NCBI RefSeq assembly: GCF_000025945.1
Contig: NC_006138.1
Coordinates: 390,001-422,000 of the forward strand
DNA from: Desulfotalea psychrophila LSv54
GTDB lineage: Bacteria; Desulfobacterota; Desulfobulbia; Desulfobulbales; Desulfocapsaceae
Direction of reading: 5' to 3'
Length of the DNA stretch: 32,000 nucleotides
Part shown: positions 26,481 to 32,000 of the stretch, piece by piece
Layout: each line of letters opens with the position of its first letter
How positions within the stretch are numbered: the first letter of the stretch is position 1
Notes under the pieces: generated by a model
Seen by the model: only the letters and a program-made list of their open reading frames with translations
Told to the model about the DNA's origin: nothing
Databases searched by the model: none
Position numbers and translations under genes: made by a program

Positions 26481-28418
26481 ATGATTGCCCCCATGGCATT
26501 TCAAGCAAAAAGGTCCACTTTTCTCTGCCCGCTATTAGTAGCCTTGGCCATACTCTTCAGCCTGACAGCGGTCTCCTCCGGCACATCCTGGGCCAAGGAC
26601 CATGCTGGCAGCTCTCAGGCTACTGTCTCGGCTGTTGCTGGCGATAATCAGGCGGTGACCGCCAAGGGCGAAGTAAAAAACTCCTTTGCTCCAATTAAAA
26701 CCTGCTTTAACTTTCTTAAAGAACAGCCATTTGTCTTTATCCTCCTCGCCCTGGCCATCGGCTACCCCCTGGGCAAGATATCGCTCTGGGGCATATCCCT
26801 CGGGCCAACAGCGGGGACATTACTGGTGGGAGTGCTCATCTCCATCATCGGCCAAAATATCTTCGGGATTATCTATGGCATCCCCAGCATTGTCTCCACC
26901 ATCTTTCTCCTCATGTTTATGTACGCCCTTGGCCTTAAGGTTGGTCCTCAATTTTTTTCAGGCCTCAAGACAGGTGGTCTGGCCTTCATTGTCATAGGGC
27001 TGATTGTCTGGTCACTGAACTGGCTCATCTGTTTTTTCGGGGTTAAACTAGCAGGTCTGGAAGCCGGCTTTGCCCCCGGCATTATCTCCGGCAGCTACAC
27101 CATTACCGCCATCATTGGCGTGGCCCAAACAGCACTTACCAACGGTGCCTACACCCCGCCACCGGGAGTAAGCACAGAACAGATTGGGGCAAACATTGCG
27201 GCTGGCTATGCCATAAGCTACGTCCTCTCCAATATCGGTATCATCCTCCTTATCCGCTACCTGCCCCAAATATTTGGCCATGACCCCATAGCCGATGCCC
27301 AACTAGCTGAAAAAGAGCTGAGTGGCGGAGCAACAGACCCCGTTCCCGGAGCCGCAGGCTCTCTCTCTTTAGGTTTTTCCCACTTTGATCTTCGCGCCTA
27401 CGAGGTCGACCACCAAGAGATCATCGGCAAAACTGTCCAGGAATTTTTTCACCTCTATCCTGAGGCACCCATCCTCCGGGTTGTCCGTCAGGGCAAGCTA
27501 CTCAACTTGTCCGAAAACAATCCCATAAAGAGGGGAGATATTGTCTCCGTTCGAGCCGATGTGCACGAGCTCATAGCCGATGGTAAAAAACTGATAGGAA
27601 AGGAGAGCGACAGTATTCTGGCAAGAGATGTCCCCATAGAGGTTGCCGATATCCATATTGGTAGCCGCGATGTTGCCGGAGATACCCTGGCAGAGCTTGG
27701 CCGATCCATTGGTTTTGGCCTACAGCTCAAGGCCCTCTTTCGATTTGGCCAAGAGCTTCCCCTCCTCGCAGGCACAGCTGTTCAGGTAGGTGATGTGTTG
27801 AGATTTGTCGGTCCGGATTTCTGTATCCAACAGGCAGCAAAAAGACTCGGTGGCAGACCAATCCTTAACAGTTCAATTACCGAGGTCATGTATATGGCCA
27901 TCGCCATGGGCATAGGCTATATTTTTGGTAGCCTCAGCTTCAACTTCGCAGGTATCCCCTTTGCCCTTGGCACCTCTGCCGGTTGCCTGCTTGCCGGTAT
28001 CTTTATGAGTTACTGGCGAAGCCGTAACCCTGAATTTGGTGGCCCCATGAGTGAAGGTGCCCGCAGTTTCTTGCAGGACATCGGCCTCAACCTCTTTGTT
28101 GCAGTACTCGCAGCCGCTGTTGGCCCTAAGATAATCGAATCCTTCCACGGGACCACGGCAATATGGGTCGCAATCATCGGTATCCTGGGAGCGCTAGTGC
28201 CCCCTCTGGTTGCCTTTGTCGTGGGAATCAAGGTCTTCAAGCTCAACAGCGTTGTGGCAGCCGGGGCCAGTACCGGGGCCCGCAACTCAACCCCGGGGCT
28301 CAATGCCATCTGCGAACAGTCCCAAAGTGCTGTGGCGGCGGTTCCCTATCCCCTCACCTATGCCCTGACAACAGTTCTCGCTCTGGTTGGTGGCTATTTC
28401 GCCATGCTCCTCTCCTAA
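26481..28418 (+). CDS. AspT/YidE-family aspartate:alanine-exchanger-like antiporter
   Basis: ATG 26481 follows GGGAGAAACCAA (track starts 26409). Multi-TM, two TrkA-C-like domains (GKTVQEFFHLYPEAPILRVVRQGKLLNLSENNPIKRGD; DTLAELGRSIGFG...FRFGQELPLLAGTAVQVGDVLRFVG), GARNSTPGLNAI. Confidence 0.85.
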   Translation: MIAPMAFQAKRSTFLCPLLVALAILFSLTAVSSGTSWAKDHAGSSQATVSAVAGDNQAVTAKGEVKNSFAPIKTCFNFLKEQPFVFILLALAIGYPLGKISLWGISLGPTAGTLLVGVLISIIGQNIFGIIYGIPSIVSTIFLLMFMYALGLKVGPQFFSGLKTGGLAFIVIGLIVWSLNWLICFFGVKLAGLEAGFAPGIISGSYTITAIIGVAQTALTNGAYTPPPGVSTEQIGANIAAGYAISYVLSNIGIILLIRYLPQIFGHDPIADAQLAEKELSGGATDPVPGAAGSLSLGFSHFDLRAYEVDHQEIIGKTVQEFFHLYPEAPILRVVRQGKLLNLSENNPIKRGDIVSVRADVHELIADGKKLIGKESDSILARDVPIEVADIHIGSRDVAGDTLAELGRSIGFGLQLKALFRFGQELPLLAGTAVQVGDVLRFVGPDFCIQQAAKRLGGRPILNSSITEVMYMAIAMGIGYIFGSLSFNFAGIPFALGTSAGCLLAGIFMSYWRSRNPEFGGPMSEGARSFLQDIGLNLFVAVLAAAVGPKIIESFHGTTAIWVAIIGILGALVPPLVAFVVGIKVFKLNSVVAAGASTGARNSTPGLNAICEQSQSAVAAVPYPLTYALTTVLALVGGYFAMLLS

Positions 28419-28424
28419 AAAAAA

Positions 28425-28450
28425 CGGGTCCCCATATTGTGGGGGACCCG
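28425..28450. terminator. Hairpin terminator downstream of the gad-antiporter pair
   Basis: CGGGTCCCC-ATATTGTG-GGGGACCCG, flanked upstream by an A-run (8 nt) and downstream by ATAATTTTC. Confidence 0.75.
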
Positions 28451-28538
28451 ATAATTTTCATCCAACACAGCAGGCAAAGACCTTCCCTCTCATCTCCTAG
28501 CTGAAAAGTCCTGAGAAGAGGACATCTGCCAAGGCTAA

Positions 28539-29306
28539 CTAACCGTCATAACCAATTCGCTCTAAATGCTCCTCGGCCTGTTTACCCAAATAAGCCCTGA
28601 TTGCAGAAAAAAAGGCTGGCCAGTTCCCGACCTTATTTCGGCGCAGTATTGCCCGGGCAAGTCGTCTTCTCGCATCTACGGCACTGAAGCCCTGACTGAC
28701 AAGTCTGTTATACTGCCGATTAAGATGGAGCAAAACTGGCCGACGCAGATCAGTCAAACGTTTTGCGTTTAAACGTAGGCTGTCAATTGTATTCTGGGCC
28801 TTCTCCACATCGACCCCGGCCCGAATACAGTTGTTAATATGCACCTCCATCCGCCCCGTTGTCCGGCTATAGGTAAAGAGATTCGGACTTGCCGGCAGGA
28901 GAAGGGGGTTCAAGATCACCTCATCAAAATTTTCTCTATCCTTAGGCACATCACAGGAGTAGTCAGGGCTGGTAAAGCGTCTCTTACCATCAATAACATC
29001 CCTTTGACTGCCCCCATGGCAACAGCCCAGCAGGTTTTGCCAATCCAACCCCCAGTTATGATCAGCGCCATTATCTGATTTTGGATGAAAGTGCTCAACC
29101 CGAAAATCTGCACTGCTCAAGGTATCGGCCCTTCTCAAATCAATCTCGCAGTAGGCGCATAAGCCCCCCTGATCTCGACGGATCTGTTCCTGCACCTGAT
29201 TACGCCTATCGCCGTTTTTCCTATACTTTTCCCAGCTATCGGTGAAATGGGCCTGATGATACTCTCTGAGGAAGGTGGGCTCTTCTCCCTTAATTATCTT
29301 CTTCAT
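28539..29306 (-). CDS. ptuB: HNH endonuclease of the PtuB / retron-Ec78-associated type
   Basis: 255 aa; CAYCEIDLR, FRVEHFHPKSDNGADHNWGLDWQNLLGCCHGG and LNPLLLP. This pattern matches HNH effectors paired with PtuA-like ATPases in Septu/retron systems. Confidence 0.83.
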   Translation of the reverse strand: MKKIIKGEEPTFLREYHQAHFTDSWEKYRKNGDRRNQVQEQIRRDQGGLCAYCEIDLRRADTLSSADFRVEHFHPKSDNGADHNWGLDWQNLLGCCHGGSQRDVIDGKRRFTSPDYSCDVPKDRENFDEVILNPLLLPASPNLFTYSRTTGRMEVHINNCIRAGVDVEKAQNTIDSLRLNAKRLTDLRRPVLLHLNRQYNRLVSQGFSAVDARRRLARAILRRNKVGNWPAFFSAIRAYLGKQAEEHLERIGYDG

Positions 29307-30600
29307 CGAATCTATCCATTTCTTTCATGCGAATATCCATATCCAAACAGGCCAACTCGGGCTCATGCTCCCCGCCCCAGATATCAAGCGCCCGACGTAG
29401 CTCCAAGGCCTCCTCACAGTCCCACCTATCCGCATCCACCAGAGCCTGATACCTTTTCAACTTTTGTACAACCGCCAGCTGCTGCACCCGGGATGATTCA
29501 ACCCCCAGCACCTGGAGCAGAACCTGCTGGGCCTCAGCACCGGCAGAAAAGCCCACGGGCACCAGACTGGGCTGGTCCTCTCTCCAGTCAATTACCCGCA
29601 GACTCCTAGGATCAACAGCAGAAACCACCTGGGGACTATGGGTGGTAACAATAAATTGAATACAGGGGAAGGTCTTCATCAGATCAAGGAGGATTACCTG
29701 CTGCCAACTGGGATGGAGATGAAGATCCACCTCATCAATCAGGACAATACCTTCGGTCTGCAGGGGGTCAGCCATTTGAGGATTTGCCTGCACCATACGG
29801 GCGGCAATGTCCATCACTAAGACCAGAATCATCCGATGGCCACTACTGAGCTGCTCAATTGTCAACTGCTTGACTCCCGTCTCCTGACGCCAATCCACCT
29901 GAATGGTTGACTGCTCTACAACCTGTGGATTAGAAAAATCCGGGAGCATAGAGTTTACAGCCCTACGAATAGCTCGTAACTCGGGCAGTTCAAGATCAGG
30001 GGAACCTGATCTTTTCTGCGCCCTCGCCTCCAACTGGCCCAAGGCATAGAAATACTCCATAAAGCCCTTAAAATTTGTCCGGCTTTGCAGGGCCCCATGC
30101 AGGGCATCAAAACGCCGGCGAGGCTTACAGAGACAGGGTTCAGGCAGGGGAATTTCAAAAACGTCACGCCCCGTGCCAAAGTAGATGAATATCGGTAGCT
30201 GGTAATCGGCACCGGCATTTTCTGCCTCTATGAACTGATCAACATATGCATAGAGCTCTTTTACCCCGCGCCCCGGTGGTATTTCTCCTGCCGTTTTTTC
30301 TGTCTGATCCCGTCTCTCCGTTCTATCCCAGACAAAACCTGTATCGGTCTCACTGGTAATACGCATATAGGGAGGTCTATGCCCGTCAGAGAAGATATGA
30401 AAGTCACTGGCCTTGGGCTCCAGACCTGTCACCCTGGGCAGGCGGGTTAAAAAAACACCCAGAGAGGTGGCAACAGCATCAAGGATAGTTGATTTCCCCT
30501 CGCCGTTTTTCGCAACCAGAACAGTCAACTGCTCATCAAAATCAATTTCAAAGTTGGTGAATCGACGATAATTATGGAGTGTCAGTCGTTTTATCTTCAT
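29290..30600 (-). CDS. ptuA: AAA/ABC-type ATPase (RecF/SMC-like), PtuA-like Septu defence ATPase
   Basis: MKIKRLTLHNYRRFTNFEIDF, Walker A AKNGEGKST, signature QLSSGHRMI, Walker B EGIVLIDEVDLHLHPSWQQ, VTTHSPQVV. Start chosen at 30600 with RBS AAAGGTAAG (track starts 30642). Overlaps ptuB by 17 nt. Confidence 0.85.
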   Translation of the reverse strand: MKIKRLTLHNYRRFTNFEIDFDEQLTVLVAKNGEGKSTILDAVATSLGVFLTRLPRVTGLEPKASDFHIFSDGHRPPYMRITSETDTGFVWDRTERRDQTEKTAGEIPPGRGVKELYAYVDQFIEAENAGADYQLPIFIYFGTGRDVFEIPLPEPCLCKPRRRFDALHGALQSRTNFKGFMEYFYALGQLEARAQKRSGSPDLELPELRAIRRAVNSMLPDFSNPQVVEQSTIQVDWRQETGVKQLTIEQLSSGHRMILVLVMDIAARMVQANPQMADPLQTEGIVLIDEVDLHLHPSWQQVILLDLMKTFPCIQFIVTTHSPQVVSAVDPRSLRVIDWREDQPSLVPVGFSAGAEAQQVLLQVLGVESSRVQQLAVVQKLKRYQALVDADRWDCEEALELRRALDIWGGEHEPELACLDMDIRMKEMDRFDEEDN

Positions 30601-30992
30601 AGGCTTACCTTTAGAAACATTTCCATATACAAAAAATCCCACCCCTGAATACAGGGTTAAAAAAATTACAGGTCACATTCTCAACAATCGCAAGGAGGAG
30701 GACCTTTACTCAAAAAGCGCCCTACTCTCATATCATAGCGAAACCAACACCAGACTTCATCTTTTCGAGCAAATTATTTCCTCAGAGCAACTCCAAACAG
30801 AGACCCCATAAGATGAGGCAAGGGAGGGAGACAGATTTACTTCCTCAAAAGAATACTCTTAACCAATATTGTCCAATTGCAACTTCTTCGATATGCTATA
30901 AGAAAGAATTAAGGTAAAATGGATAGGTTACAGTTAACATCTAAGAGACTTCAAAAAGAGATCAACAGGACTCACTACAGGGAATAAAAACT

Positions 30993-31712
30993 ATGCTGAT
31001 TTTTAACTGCACCAGGACAGCCTGTAATTTTTTCACCGTCAGTCAGGGGGGCGTCAAAGTCTCACCGGTAGAACCAGCCCCGCACACAAACTTGGCAGAC
31101 GATGATCTGAAAAACAGTGATGGGACCAAACCTGCTCTGATGCAGTGGCTGATTCATCTGATAAGGGTGCAGGGCAAAAATATTATTCTGGCCATGGAGA
31201 TAAAGAGTCATTATTGCATGATCTTTGCGGGTCTGAAGAAGGGTGATGCCACCACCTTTATTCAACTATTTTATGAACGCCTCTTTAATAATATGCAGTG
31301 GTATGGTGAAAGTATTGGCTTTATGGATGAAACCAGCTTCCAACCAATGGCTACAAATTTCATAAAAGCCCATGACGAGTTCCGTTTTTTTGCCCGCGAC
31401 GATGCCAAAATCCAGAAAAGCATAGATAATGTGGCAAAGGACATTCGCCTCTGGGCCAGTAAGCATGACAGCTCTGGCAATGCGGCGGAACAGGCGGCAG
31501 AGTTTAACCAAAGGGTAAACAGTATCCCCCACAAAGCAGGATCCCAGCAGGGCGCCATCCCCTCTGAAGTAATGTTCATCTACTGGATCGGCCATTTTTG
31601 TAATGCTCAGGAAAAAGAGATAAAAATGGCTCGACAGCGCTTTGAAGTCCTTAAAAAAAGAGAGCTTGAACAGCTCGGACTTCTCCTTCGCAGTAAAAAG
31701 AATGACTCCTGA
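30993..31712 (+). CDS. DUF6933-like protein of unknown function
   Basis: 239 aa; starts MLIFNCTRTACNFF and contains WLIHLIRVQGKNIILAMEIKSHYCMIFAGLKKGD, as I recall for DUF6933. Family assignment from memory. Confidence 0.6.
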   Translation: MLIFNCTRTACNFFTVSQGGVKVSPVEPAPHTNLADDDLKNSDGTKPALMQWLIHLIRVQGKNIILAMEIKSHYCMIFAGLKKGDATTFIQLFYERLFNNMQWYGESIGFMDETSFQPMATNFIKAHDEFRFFARDDAKIQKSIDNVAKDIRLWASKHDSSGNAAEQAAEFNQRVNSIPHKAGSQQGAIPSEVMFIYWIGHFCNAQEKEIKMARQRFEVLKKRELEQLGLLLRSKKNDS

Positions 31713-31758
31713 AGAGATGAGCTCGTGAAGGCAGTCGACTAGCCGAAAGAGGCAAGGA

Positions 31759-32000
31759 TTACAGGGCAGACATCTCTCTCATCGAGCTCAAAAACTGGCT
31801 AAATATCCTCTCCACCGCCACAAGTGAGGAGTTCAGTCGATGATCTCCGCTGATCAGGTGCAGGGAGCAATCTGCCTCCTCGGCAAACTTTATTGAGTGA
31901 GAGGCAGGGATAATATCGTCGGACCAACCATGGACGATTTCAATATGTTGACAATGAGAATTATGAGTCTGTCTCTCATATCCTGACATATAGAGGGCTG
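31759..32000 (-). CDS. Alpha/beta hydrolase family protein, C-terminal fragment, runs off right edge
   Basis: IEIVHGWSDDIIPASHSIKFAEEADCSLHLISGDHRLNSSLVAVERIFSQFL contains the hydrolase acid (DD) and histidine (GDHR) region. The reading frame stays open past the ATG at 31989 to the window edge (...ALY-M). Confidence 0.65.
   Translation of the reverse strand, partial: ALYMSGYERQTHNSHCQHIEIVHGWSDDIIPASHSIKFAEEADCSLHLISGDHRLNSSLVAVERIFSQFLSSMREMSAL

Noticed and set aside
30601-30992. Possible retron msr-msd RNA next to the PtuAB-like pair
   Set aside because: No reverse transcriptase gene in the window and no convincing long stem with conserved ends by eye; kept only as something to test.

Overview
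This 32 kb window looks like chromosomal DNA from a Gram-negative bacterium, possibly a marine deltaproteobacterium of the Desulfotalea/Desulfobulbales type (my inference, not tested). From left to right it contains: (1) an SUI1/YciH gene cut by the left edge and missing from the ORF track, divergent from a CspA-family cold shock gene; (2) a SnoaL/NTF2-like gene with a perfect 22 bp palindrome upstream; (3) a tandem duplication of a membrane-anchored HD-GYP gene together with its leader, where copy 2 reads HDIGE instead of HDIGK; (4) a secreted Ala/Gly-rich protein ending in GGGN repeats, a TPR lipoprotein, and a HAMP-SpoIIE phosphatase; (5) a Cus-type tripartite heavy-metal RND efflux operon led by a small Met/His-rich periplasmic protein and ending in an uncharacterised small periplasmic protein, divergent from a ZraSR/NtrC-type two-component pair, with a good sigma-54 promoter match in the divergent region; (6) a three-gene sugar ABC importer; (7) UspA, TauE-like and zinc-ribbon genes; (8) a glutamate decarboxylase paired with an AspT/YidE-family antiporter rather than GadC; (9) a two-gene ATPase + HNH nuclease cassette (PtuA/PtuB, Septu-like) with no reverse transcriptase in view, which is the best candidate anti-phage system here; (10) a DUF6933-like gene and an alpha/beta hydrolase fragment at the right edge. 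I recognised no CRISPR array, IS element, rRNA or tRNA. All family calls come from reading motifs, not from database searches.
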